A stretch of 64,000 nt of DNA from Cyanophora paradoxa CCMP329 (Eukaryota > Plantae > Glaucophyta), in contig QPMI01000180.1 of the NCBI GenBank assembly GCA_004431415.1, forward strand, positions 126,476 to 190,475, read 5' to 3'. The notes beneath the pieces were generated by a model. That model ran no database searches and was not told the DNA's origin. It saw nothing but the letters and a program-made list of their open reading frames with translations. The translations under genes were made by a program, and so were the position numbers. Positions 26,152 through 38,020 of the stretch are shown piece after piece. Numbering within the stretch: position 1 is the stretch's first letter; every line of letters starts with the position of its first letter.

Positions 26152-27060
26152 TCAGAAGACTTCCTGATCTCTGCCTAAAATCCTCCTGACCTGATCTGGA
26201 AGTGTGCTCAACTGGCGGATCTTTCCAGCGTAGGAGGACATAAGCCCTGAAACTGGTTCACTCTGCAGGATGGCCTGGAGCCTGGACACAGGTGGCTGCA
26301 GGTGAACACTGTTCCCTTTGTTGCTCTCAATCACGTACGTCAGCATGCCTGTGATACGTCAGTAAAGAAATGGAAGAGGTGATCAGCAAGGTACGGACCT
26401 GGATCAATCTCTTTTCCGGTCAGGAACTTGACCAGAGCAGATGCATAATCTCGGCAATCATTTGCCCCGAGCCAGTATGTGGCCTCGTAGGATCTAATTA
26501 TAAGCACATGCATAAGCAAACACAGAAGTTTATCGGGGTGAATGACCGGCCTGTTAAACTCCTGGATCTCCTGTAGCGTCTTGTCTGTGGTGCCGACAAA
26601 AGCCCAGTCCACGGGATGCAGACGATTTTCCTGCAAGGTTGCATCAGAGCCACGCAACTGCAAAACAAAACACTGCTTGCCTGGATCATGGCTGCTGTCT
26701 GACCTCGGAACTGCACTATGTGATCAGGTGGAATGCCTTTACCACAATTTGTGCAAAAACACATACTTTCTCAGTGTCTCCCCCTGCCTGGGGAACAAAA
26801 TCGAGCACAACAGCCTCTTCAGCCTTTCCACAAGCAGAGGGAAGAACGATCTTGACTCCAACATGCTCCTATTAGAAATGAGCGGTACGATGTGAGTCCA
26901 GAAATGTGCGATGCGACAGGCCCAAGATGGAGCATATTACCAGGTAAATGAGCGGTAAGATGTGGGTCCAGAATCCCAGATCAAGTGGGCGCTTGCACAG
27001 GAGGACGTAAGCTTTTGGCGAAGCTGCACGCTCGGCGAGGCTCTCGGGCTCGGGCTGCAT
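26152..27060 (-). CDS. Permuted papain-like (PPPDE/LRAT-like) hypothetical protein, lower GC than its neighbours
   Basis: Spliced KRPLDLG...|EHVGVKIV...VLDFVP...WAFVGTT...YWLGANDCRDYASALVKFLTG. His precedes Cys, as in permuted NlpC/P60 proteins. Confidence 0.6.
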
Positions 27061-27265
27061 GTTCGAGTTTACGCGGGTCACAACTGGTTGCAGCGCTGGC
27101 AAGAACGGTCGCGCACCGAATGCGATACAGCGGCGACCGTGCTCTGGCGCGTGGTAGGAGACAGGGGAGCTGTGATTCCTGGCCAGCGCGCGGGGTGAGC
27201 GGATCAAGATCTACCGACCGCATCTAAGGCGCACGGATCAAGTTGTACACCGGCCCCTGCGAAGA

Positions 27266-30200
27266 ATGGCGTCAATGGAAGCGACGAAGAAAATGATGGG
27301 CGATAGCGTACGCGGAGATCCAGATCTTTGATACTGGCTGGAATCTTTGGCCGGACACCCCAGCTGGGGTCGTACTGAGACAGACGCTCCCATTGACATG
27401 ACAGATCAGTCTGTAAATTATACACGGCTTGCCCGAACGCGGAACCCACGGCCGAGACCGAGGCCGAAGTCTTCTTGATACCGGAGCCGATACGAGAGCA
27501 GATGCTCGAGCAGCCTGCGGAGGCCTGCCGGCGCAGAGTCGCTGCCGACCACCACGATGCCATCGCGGCTCAGGCCGGGCGGGGCGCCGCAACGACAGCA
27601 ACGAAGCTTAGACGTCACGCAAGGAGCCCCTGGCTGGAGCGCGGTACTAAAAGCTGGGGGGCCGTTGGCCGGTGCCGCGGGAGCTCGGCGAGTGGAAGGC
27701 GGGGCTGGCGCGGCCTGCAACTGTCGCAGCCAACCGTGTACCCACAAAAGACGGGTACGTGTGCGTCGTTCGAATGCCGCGAAGCGGCTGCGGAGAGAGG
27801 CGGGAGCGCCGGTATTAGAAGCATCACACCCTGTAGCATCGGCTAGGTGGCATGGAGCGCCAGCGCGTTGGACTTGGGCGCCTCCCTGCACGTCCGCCTG
27901 CTTCCGCGGAGCGCCCGAGCGAGGAAGTCTGTTGCCGCAGCGTCTGCGATAGCTTCCGAAACGCTGGGGAGCGCTGCATCGCTCTGGATCAAATGGGGCT
28001 CGCCACCTACTCCGTCGCTGCAGAGGGCGCATGGACCTCGCTCGTACCTTCGAGCATGCGGCCGCTGACGCTCTCGCAAGTCGCGCATTCCTTCGTCGGT
28101 GCGACGTTCGGCCTGCGACCTGATGCCTTCTAACTTGGCCGCCCCTAGGCCGCGTGCACACGCGCGAGTCCCTCGAGACTCGGCCTGCGACGGGCGACGC
28201 GTACGCAGGGGCGGATAATGCAGAGACTGTGGATGCCGGTGACGGCACTCCAGAACGGCTGCAACGCGGCGCGGAATCAGACGCTGAAGAGCTCGAGGAG
28301 GGCTTGGTCCCCGAGACGCCATTGCTTCCAGTCCCGGCTGAAAGAGGAAGCCAACCGGTGTCGCCCGCGCAAGATCCAGCGATGCTGGCCCGCACGGGAA
28401 CGCCCTCCCCAAGGGAGCATTTGAAATCCCCAGGTGCTTTTCAATAACGGGCCTGCGACACATCTCTCTGCATTACTGACGTCGCCTTTGAAGGCACGTG
28501 TGAACCGGGCAACGAACGGCAAGCCGCAAAAATTGACGAGGCTGTCAAAGCAAAGCATGGCAACCGTCTAGCGAAGCGGGCACGGGTTGAAGTCGGCCCC
28601 GAACGGCAAGAGCAAGGACCAAGAGCGGACGCACAACCTGCTGGCAACAGCAGCGTCTCATCGGCAGTCGTTGACATGGGCGATCTGTTCTCGACGGGCA
28701 GCGGGCGGCCGGTGACTGTGTCGGCTGCGAGCCTGGCACGGGCGCAGGGAGCATTTGAGGGCAGCAGCAGCAGCAGGGGCGGCGGCGGCGGCGGCGGGGG
28801 CGGCGGCGGCGGCGGCCCATCGGCAGTCGTCGACATGGGCGATCTGTTCTCGACGAGCAGCGGGCGGGCGGTGACGGTGTCGGCTGCGAGCCTGGCGCGG
28901 GCGCAGGGAGCATTTGAGGGCAGCAGCAGCAGCAGGGGCGGCGGCGGCGGCGGCGGGGGCGGCGGCGGCGGCGGCCCATCGGCAGTCGTCGACATGGGCG
29001 ATCTGTTCTCGACGGGCAGCGGGCGGGCGGTGACGGTTTCGGCTGCGAGCCTGGCGCGGGCGCAGGGAGCATTTGAGGGCAGCAGCAGCAGCAGGGGCGG
29101 CGGCGGCGGCGGCGGGGGCGGCAGCGGCGGCCCATCAGCGGTCGTCGACATGGGCGATCTGTTCTCGACGGGCAGCGGGCGGGCGGTGACGGTGTCGGCT
29201 GCGAGCCTGGCGCGGGCGCAGGGAGCATTTGAGGGCAGCAGCAGCAGCAGGGGCGGCGGCGGCGGCGGCGGCGGGGGCGGCGGCGGCGGCCCATCAGCAG
29301 TCGTCGACATGGGCGATCTGTTCTCGACGGGCAGCGGGCGGGCGGTGACGGTGTCGGCTGCGAGCCTGGCGCGGGCGCAGGGAGCATTTGAGGGCAGCAG
29401 CAGAAGCAGGGGCGGCGGCGGCGGCGGCGGGGGCGGCGGCGGCGGCGGCCCATCGGCAGTCGTTGACATGGGCGATCTGTTCTCGACGGGCAGCGGGCGG
29501 GCGGTGGCGGTGTCGGCGGCGAGCCTGGCGCGGGCGCAGGGAGCGTTCGGAGGAGCCGACGGCGGCGACGGCGGCGCTGCGCTGGACCCTGGAGAGGCGG
29601 TGCCCTGCGCGCCGCTTGGGGGTTTCTCGACGGCGAAGGGTCGGCCGCTTGGGCCCTCGACGGAGGCGCTGGCGCGTGCTGCGGCGGAGCTCGACGGGGC
29701 CGGCGACGCGAGTGCCGAGCTCGCCCTCGAGCTGCAGGCCCTCCAGCGCACCGCCGCCTCCTCCCGCGCCCGCTCCGCCGCCGCCGCCGCCAAGCGCGCC
29801 GCCGCCGGGCGCGCCTCAGGCCCCGACCCGAAGCCGCGCGGGCCGCTCGTGCCGCGCCGGGAGCCGCCGGAGGCTCCGGGCGGCGCGACTCCCCTGGGCG
29901 GGTGCGGGGAGACGCCGGCGGCGCGGGGCGCGGGGCGGGAGGCGGTGCTCGGGAGCACGCCGAGCCCCGCCCCGAACCGCAACCTCTTCGAAACGGAGAA
30001 CGAGTTCCGCTCCTCCGCCGGCCGCGGCCGCTTCGTCGCCCCCGCACCCCGCTCCACCCCCCGCATCTCCCTCGGCACGCCGGCGCCCTCCCCGCCGTCC
30101 CCCGCAACCCCCTCCGCCTCTCTGATTCTGCCGCCGCCCTCGCCGGCGGAGACGCCTGCTCCGAGCGCCGTGCGGGGGAGGCACCTGGGGTACAACCCCT

Positions 30201-33200
30201 CCTCGGCGGGCAAGACGCAGCCCGTGGGGAGCACCGCCCTCAAGCGCCCCTTCGTGCCCCCGAAGCAGCGCGCGCCCCGCCTCTCCTCGCCCCTCGTCCG
30301 CGTCGCCCTCTCCCCGCCCTCCCCCGCCGCCCGCCAGGCCCCCTCCCCGGCCTCCAAGAAGGCCGGCGCGATCTTCCAGCTGGGCGGTGCGCGGGGCCGG
30401 CGGCCACCGGCGGCGGGGCCGAGGGCCTTACGGGGGCGCAGGGGAGGGGCCCCGGCTGCGCCTCTCGGAGATGACCCGCGAGCCGCCCCGGCGACTCTCC
30501 CCGGCCGAGCTCATCCAGCGGCACGGCCTGTGCGCGACCCGCCCCGCCCCGCCCCGCCCCGCCCCGTCCGCGACGGCGGCGGCGAGCGGCGAGCGGGGTC
30601 GCAGGGCGCCGGAGGTGGTGCACATGACGAGCGAGTCGGCGGCGGGGTACCGCTTCGTGGAGGCCGGCGGGGACGGGCGCCGCGTCGGGCCCGACGAGCT
30701 CCGCCGCGCCCTCCTCGCCTGCGGGGCGCGCGAGTCGCTGGCGCCCCCCGCCTGGGTCGCCAACCACTTCCGCTGGATCGTCTGGAAGCTCGCCTCGCAG
30801 GTGCCCCCTGGCCCCGCGCCCCGCGCCGCGCCGCCTCGGCGCCCCCGGCCGAGCCGGGCGCAGGAGCGGAGCTTCCCGGAGCTCTTCGCCGGCCGCCGCC
30901 TCACGGCCCGCGTCGCTCTCGACCAGCTCCGCTACCGGTGCCCGCCCGCCCACCCGTCCGCCCGCCCCCTCTGGGCGCGCCGGCCGAAAGCGGGGCAGGT
31001 ACGAGCGGGAGGTGAACCGGGCGGAGCGCCCCGTGCTGCGCAAGATCCTCGAGCGGGACGAGGCCCCCTCCCGCCACATGGTCCTCTGCGTCGCCGCCAT
31101 CCGCCACCTCGGCGCGCCCGCCCCGGGCCCCGGGACCGGTGCATGCCCCGCCCCCCGCCGCCGGCTCGTCGGCATCACGTCCCGTAGCGCCGGAGCTCCC
31201 GCCGGGCTCGCAGGAGGCGTCGCAGGAGGGGCGCGGGCGCGGGCGCTCCTCGACGGGCCCCACGGCGGGGCGCGCGGAGATCGAGGTCACGGACGGCTGG
31301 TGCGCGCGCCCCGGCGGGGGCGGGGCGGGGCGGGGCCGAGGGCGGGCGGCAGGTACTCGGTGGGGGCGGTGCTGGACGAGCACCTGACGGCCCTCGCCCG
31401 CCGCGGCGCCATCTACCCGGGCCTCAAGCTCCGCGTCGCCTGCGCAGCGGCCCGCCCCGCCCCGCCCCGCCCCGTCCGCGGCGACGCCGACGCGGGGGCG
31501 CAGCTCTCGGGGCCGCAGGACGGGTGCAGCCCGCTGGAGCCGGCGGCGAAGAGCGTGCGGCTGATGCTGCACGTGAACGGGACGCGGCGGGCGCACTGGG
31601 ACGCCCGCCTGGGCGCGCAGCGGGTCCCGCTCTTCTCCGTGCGCCTCGCCTCCGTCAAGCCGGACGGCGGCGTCGTCCCCTGCGTCTACGCCCTCGTGCG
31701 CCCCGCGCCCGCGCCCGCTGCCCCGCTGCCTTGCCAGCCGCCTTGCGGCGCCGACGACTGCGGGGCAGGTGGAGCGGCAGTACCCCCTGGTGTACGTGGA
31801 GACCCTCCCCGAGAACGGCGGCCGCGCCCGCCGCACGCCCTTCGGCGAGGAGGCCGCCCGCCGCCGCCACGAGGTCCCCGCCCCCCGTCCCCGGCCCCGC
31901 CCCGGCCCGCCGCGGGCCTGACGCGCCGCGCAGGCGGAGGCGATGCAGCGCATGCAGCGGGCCCTGCAGGAGCGGCGCGCCGCGGCCGCCGAGGCCCGCC
32001 GCCGCGAGCAGGAGCGCATGCAGCGCGCCGGCGCGTCGCGGCCGGCGGCGGCCCCGCAGGCCAAGCGGCGGCGGCGGTCCCTCGAAGGCGCGCGGGGCGG
32101 GTCGGGGCCGGGCGGGGCGGGGATGCGGTGCGGGCCGGCTGAGCGGGGCGCAGAGCTGGAGGAGCTGAGCGACGGGGAGGAGATCGCCGCCGTCCTCGAG
32201 GCCGCGCACGACCCCGACGTGCCCCCGCCCCCTCCGCCCCGCGCCTTTCCTCCGCCCCAGCAAGCCGGCCCCGTGCGCAGGCCGTGTACGCGCGCCTCAG
32301 CCGCTCCCAGATCCGCGAGTACGAGCGCCACCTGGTGCGTTTCGCCGCCGCCGGCGCGTTGAGAACGCGCGGCGCGAATGCGGCGCGGGGGCAGGAGACG
32401 AAGGCGCGGGCGGCGCGGGAGGCCGGGGAGGGGCTGGACGACGAGGCGGCGGCGCGGGCGTTCCTGGAGGAGGCTGCGGCGGAGGGGTGCGGGGCGGCGG
32501 CGCGCGACGTCGTCCCCTGCCTCCGCCTGCGCCTGCGGGAGGCCTTCCAGCCCTCCGCCCCCCCTGGCTCGCCCTCGGCCCGCCTCGGGCGCCCCCGCCG
32601 CCCCCTCCGCCGCCGGCGCCGCCTACGTGAGCGTCTACCGGGCGAGCGACGAGGCGCTGGCGGAGCTCGCCGAGGGCCGTTTCTTCCGCGTGCGCCCCGC
32701 CCCCGCGCCGCCCCGCGCCGCTCCCCGTCGCCCGTCGACCCGGAGGCAGGTGTGCCTGCTGCACCCGCCGCGCTCGGCGCCGCGGGCGTGGGGCGGCGGG
32801 GCGGGCCTCCTCACCCTCACCGCCCGCTCGACGACGCGCTGGGCGCCCCTCGCCGTCCCCCGGGGGCCGCCGCCCCGGATCCGCCCGTGGCGGGGCTCGA
32901 GGGGCTCGAGCCCGGCGAGAGCGCCCGCGCGGCAGCCGACCTCGGCGCCCTGCGGCGCGCCGCGGCTTCGGGCGGTGGCGACGGGGGCGGCGTCGGAGGC
33001 GAGTTCGACGCGGCGCTGGTGTTCCTGGCGGGGGCGCCCCCCGGCCCCCTCTTCTTCGCCGGCGAGACGGGCGACCTGCTCGCCGTCACCCTCCGCGGGC
33101 AGGACCTCTTCGACCCCGCCCTCCTCCGCGTCCGCGGCCCCGCGCCCTGCCCCGCGGGGGCGCTCGCTCAGCTGACGGGCGGGGCGGGGCAGCCGCTGTG

Positions 33201-34554
33201 TGCGCTGGCGGGGGCGAACCTGCAGCTGCGGGCGCACGACGCGCGCCTCGGGCTCCTCGCCGCCGACGCCGGCGAGTACACGGCCCTCTCCGCCGCCCCC
33301 CGCCACCGCGTCCGCCCGCCCCGCCCCGCCCCGCCCCCGCCTTGCGCCCCTCCGACGCCGGCGCAGCACCTGCGGGAGGCGCTCGCGTCGCTGCAGGCCG
33401 CCCTTCGCGCGTGCGCTTTCTCTGTTGCGGCTGCCGCAGCCGCGGGGGCGCTGAGCGGCGCGAGCGGCAGGGACCCGGGGCTCTTCGAGGAGGCGGCGGC
33501 GCGGGCGCAGGCCCTCCTCGGCTGCCCCGTCGCCCCCGACGCGCCCCTCTGCCTCCCCTCTCCCTCCCCGGGCCCTGGGGCGGCGCGGTTGCCCGCCTCC
33601 CCGGCGCCTCCCCGCTTGGGGCCGCGGCGGCCGGGACTCTCTCCCCGCCTCGACCCCGGCGGCTGGACGCCCGGCGGGTGGACGCCGGCCGCGCGCTACG
33701 CCGCCCCGTCCAGCGCGCTCCGCACGGCGGCGGGCGTCCCGGCGTCGCCGTACGGGGCGCGGCCGCCGAGCTCGCCGGTCCCGCAGCTGCAGTGGCGCAC
33801 CAGCGACGTCGCCTGCGACCCGCCGCCCCCGCCCGAGCCGGCCGAGACCCGTGCGCGCCCGCCGCAGCCCCGCGCCGCAGCCCCGCGCTGCGCGGGGCCG
33901 ACGGCGGGGGCGGCAGCGGGGTGCGGGGCCTCGCAGGGGGACCTCGCGGACTCGCAGCTCGCCGCCCTCGCCTCCTTCGCCGTCGCCGCGTGCGCGCCGT
34001 ACCCCTCTGCCCGCCCGCCCCGCCCCGCCCCGCTCAAGCGGGTCCGGCGGGCAGGCGGGCGACGGCGTTCGAGGTGCGGCTGGCGGGGGCGGGGGGCGAG
34101 GAGGCGGCCCCCGTCGTGGAGCTCGTCCTCGAGGAGGCCGGCGGGCGCCCCTGGCGCGTCGAGGCCCCCGGGCCCCTCGCCGCCCGCCTCCTCCGCTCCC
34201 TCGCCGGCCCCGCCCCGGCCCTCGAGCGGGGGGCGGGGGCGCTGGAGGCCGGGACGGGGCGGCGGCGGGGGAGCTGGGGAGGAGGAGTGGGAGGCCTTCG
34301 CGGGAGCGGCGGCGGGGGCGCTCGGGCTCTTCGCGGGGCAGCGGCCGCTCCTCCACGCCGCCCTGGACCTCGTCGCCCTGCCCCGCGGCGCCGCCCCGGG
34401 GCCCGAGGCCCTGCCCCTCGCCCACTCCAACCTCCGCGCCCTCCGCGCCGCCCGGCCCCTCCGCCTCTGGCTCGCCGCCGACCTCCGCCTCCCCGGCGAC
34501 GAGCCCGAGGGCGGCCCCGCGGGGGGCGGGCCCCGGCCCCTGCCCCTCCCCTAA
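27266..34554 (+). CDS. BRCA2: BRCA2 homologue (5' start uncertain; firmly coding from about 28150)
   Basis: BRC repeats (LFSTGSGRAVTVSAASLARAQGAF); helical/OB1 motifs WVANHFRWIVWKLAS, QLRYRYEREVN, LRKILERD...HMVLCV, IEVTDGWY and LHVNGTRRAHWDARLG; OB2/tower VERQYPLVYVE. Confidence 0.92.
28660..29550 (+). repeat. Six near-identical 156-159-bp tandem units, each encoding a BRC repeat plus a poly-Ser/Gly linker
   Basis: Unit ATGs at 28676, 28835, 28994, 29150, 29309 and 29468. A divergent seventh BRC (GFSTAKGRPLGPSTEALARA) lies at about 29620. Confidence 0.95.
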
Positions 34555-34694
34555 CCACACACAACCTGGACTCCAACAATCCTGAACAGCGCGTTCGGGC
34601 AACAGGGCCAGGCGCGGAAGAGAGCAGGGGGTGGGGCGGGGGAAAGTGCTGGGAAGGGGGGCAGGAGGGGGCGGTAAGGAGCGGGGGCCACATG

Positions 34695-36602
34695 CTACAG
34701 CTCGAGGAGGAGGACGTCGCCGGTCGGGGGCGGGGCAGCCGTCCGCCGGCTGCGGCGCGGCCCCGCCGCCGGGGCGGCCGCGAAGCGCCTCCGGGCAGAC
34801 GCCGCCACCGTTCGGGGCGCGCGGGGCGGGGCCCACGGGGCGCGCGGGGAGGCGTGGGCGGGGCGGGAAGCGAGGAAGGCGGCGCGGGGGGCGCGGGCGG
34901 GGCCGGAGGAGGGGCGGGGCGCGGTGCGGCGGGGGCCGCGGTGGCGGGGCGGGCGGAGGAGACGAAGAGGAGGGACTTGGCGCGCTCGTAGATGGGGAAG
35001 GCGCAGGCGGAGAAGAGGGAGCTCCAGAGGAGGCGCGAGTTGAGGCCGGCGAAGAGCCCGCCCCGCACCCCGTCCTCCCGCGCCACCTGCCGCAGCGCCT
35101 GCGCGCCGAGCAGCGTCGGCGGGCCGCTGGGCGGGGCGGGGCGGGGCGGGGCGGACGCCGGAGATGGAGGTGCCGCGGGCGATGCGGCCCGTCGCGAAGC
35201 GTGTCTTGACGACGTCCATCGGCGTCGTCAGGAAGGCCGAGAAGGCGCCCGAGGCGCAGCCCTGCGCCCCGCCCCGCGTCGGCGGCAGCGCGAGGCGGGA
35301 CGGGGCGGGGCGGGGCGGGGCGGGGGGGGCGGACGATGGCGGTGTGCTGCCAGGGGGCGAGCTCGCGGCCGCGCACGTCCACCAGCTCCTCGTACGCCGC
35401 CTCCTCCCCCTCCTCCCCCGCCTCCTCCCGCTCCCGCCGCCGCCGCTGCTCCCGCGTCGGCCGCCGCCGCGCAGGCGCGGCACGCGGCGGCGTGCGCACG
35501 AGGTGCCGGCGCCAGATGATGGCGAGCTTGAGCTGCTCGTACGCGCAGAAGTTGAGCGCCGTCGAGGGGATCTACGGCGCGTGAGGCCCGCGCCTGCGCC
35601 CGGAGGCGGGGCGGGGCGGGGCACGTTGCGGAGGAGGGTGGAGGCGTAGCCGCGGTAGAGGCCAGAGATCCCCTCCGCCTCGATCGTCGCGGCGAGCACC
35701 GCCCCGAGCGAGGCCGCCGGCGGGCCGGCCACCGCCGCCACTTGCGCCGTCGCCACCGCCGCCCCGGCCGCCTGCATCTTCTGCTTGAGCACCTCCTTCG
35801 GTACGAAGATGATGCTGCTCGCCGTGTTCCCGCTGCCACGCGCGTCGGCCGGCGCGCGGGGAAATCGCGGGGCGGCGCGGACCACGCGGCCGAGACCATG
35901 TTCGCCAGAGGGGAGAGCTGCCGGAAGCGGTCCCGCGGGATGCGCCTCAGCAGGCTCGACTTCACGAACCTGCCCGGGGCCCGCGGTGAGCGCGGCGGCA
36001 CCCGAGGGGCGCGGGAAACGCACTCGTACGTCCCGAAGTAGAGCATGGAGGAGGGCATCGCGCCGACCGCGCCGGGGACAACGCCGCGATACCTGGGCGC
36101 GGCGTGAGGCCGGCGCCGTCGATCCGTGCGAGCTCCGGCGCATACAGGGCTATGATGCCGTCCTTCCGCACTATGTCGCCCATGGACCGCAGCGTGCCCT
36201 TGAACCTGCAGAGAACGTGACGCGCGCTCTTTCTCCCTCTTCGGCACTGCGTACTCTTTCGGGTTGTGCTGTCGGAGGGTCTTCACGGTGTCGAGCGGGT
36301 GGAGCAGGAAGTTGCTGGGGCGGGCGGTCAATCAGAGCGTACAATGTCATCGGACGCCTAGAGGGACGGCCGGAGAAGGCGGCGAGGGCGTCCGCGAACC
36401 TGCCCATGCCGGCGATGCCGCCCGCCAACGCCGCGCGAAACGCGACGTCCCGAGCCGGCAGCACCTTCGCATCCTTCGACGACGTCATGCTGCGCCGGAT
36501 CGGTCCGCTGTCACACGCGATCCTGTACGCCTCCCTGGCGCCAACCCCCCCCTTCGTTCGCAGCAAGTTGGTGCTCTGTCGACGTCTGTTTGGCCTGCGC
36601 AT
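34695..36602 (-). CDS. Mitochondrial carrier family (SLC25) protein, SAM-carrier-like
   Basis: Three PxD/ExxK signatures (HPLDTVKT, VPKEVLKQKMQ, TPMDVVKTR), plus ALAGGIAG and GLYRGYASTLLRNVP. An alternative start exists at 36488. Confidence 0.88.
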
Positions 36603-36651
36603 GCTGCCTGTATCTTCAACGGGTGCCTCGCGCTCCGCTACCTAGCCGGCG

Positions 36652-38020
36652 CTAGCTGCGCGGGGGCGCGGCGGGGGCAGGCGGGGGGCCGAAGGGGGGC
36701 AGGCCCCAGCGCTCGGGGGTGAACTCCTCGAGGGAGTCGACGAGGAGGTCGGCCTCGGCGTAGTCCGCCCGCCGCAGGAACCGGTTGTGCGCGTCGAACA
36801 CCGCCGCCACCTGCGCCCCGCCCCGCCCGCCCGCCCCGTCGGCCCCCGCTCTGCGGCACGCGCGCGCGCAGAGGGGCGCGGGGCGCGCCTTCATGCCCGC
36901 GGCCTTCGCGCCCTGCGCCGGCGTCAGGCGCGCGAGCTCGAGGCGCGCGAGGGGGCGGCGGGGGAGGGCGCGCCCTGAGGCCGGCGACGGAGTCCTCGAA
37001 GACGAGGACGGCGCCGCGCTCGGCGGGGGGCACGCCGAGCCGGTCCGCCGCCAGCTCGAAGATGTCCGGCGCCGGCTTGCCCCGCTTCGCCTCCTCCCCC
37101 TGCTCGAACCTCGCGCCGGCGACGGGGCGCAGCCCGGGCGGGGCCGGCGTTGGGCCGCACCGTCACGAGGACGGGGAAGGCGGCAGCAAACCAGGCGGCC
37201 ATCGACGCTGTCTTCAACCTGCCAGGCAATGTAAGCGGCCCAGTCCATAGGGAGGGTGGCGAAGAGAGACGGAGCGGCGGCCCCGTCTCCATCGAGGGGA
37301 GGCGGGAGAGCGGGTGGCTGCGGAGCAGCGGGGCTCACCTGACGTTCTTGAGCGTGCTGCTGGTGGCCACGCCCTGCGCGGCTTTCAGGCGCGGGGCCCC
37401 GGGGCGGGGCGGCGGCGCGGCTCGGGGCGGGGGCCGGCCTTGGGGATGCCGTGGGCGGTGAGGTGGTCCACGAGGCGCCGGGCGCCCGGCATGAGCTCCG
37501 TGCGCGCGAAGCGCTGCGCCAGCAGCTCGTCCCGCTCCTGCGCGCCGGCCATGATCAGGCACGCCGGGCTCGCGCGCGGCTGTGCGTGCTCGGACGCACC
37601 GCGAGGTACTGCGCGGGGCTCAGGCTCAGGTTGAAGTGCGCCACGAGCTTCTCTGCCGTGGCCTGCGCGGTGATGCCGACGAGTTCCGAGAAGACCTCGT
37701 CGACAGAGCGCCCGGGGCAGAGCCTGCTCGCTGGTTCGACGCGGCCATGCATGGCGCCCGGACGCTGCACGGCCTACCTCGAAATCATGATGCGCTCGAC
37801 CTCATAGTAGAAAGGCTCCGTGTTCTGATGCGCGCGTTAGCGGAGGTGCAGCGCGTGTCGCAGAGCGGGCCGCGCGCGCGGCAGTCCGCACCAGCAGCGT
37901 CCCGTCCTGGCGTGGACCAGATCAAAAATCAGATCAAAGAAGAGCAGCACGCGCTGCAGCACCCCGCACCAGATCAAAAATGACCGCGGCGATCGCTGGC
38001 GGCGGTGCCGCTGGCGCCAT
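36652..38020 (-). CDS. HAD-superfamily phosphatase (HDHD1/pseudouridine-5'-phosphatase or GPP-like)
   Basis: Spliced motif I VIFDL|DGTLL|NTE, plus LMPGARRLVDHL, GVATSS, GKPAPDIF, LVFEDSVAG, AKAAGM and SLEEFTPERWGLPPF. Confidence 0.88.

Noticed and set aside
28660-29550. Regularly spaced repeats resembling a CRISPR array
   Set aside because: The whole unit repeats with no unique spacers, stays in frame and encodes BRC repeats. There are no cas genes.
13042-34554. MUS81, cyclin B and BRCA2 as a functional DNA-repair/cell-cycle cluster
   Set aside because: They are interspersed with unrelated housekeeping genes, and chance proximity is adequate without synteny data.
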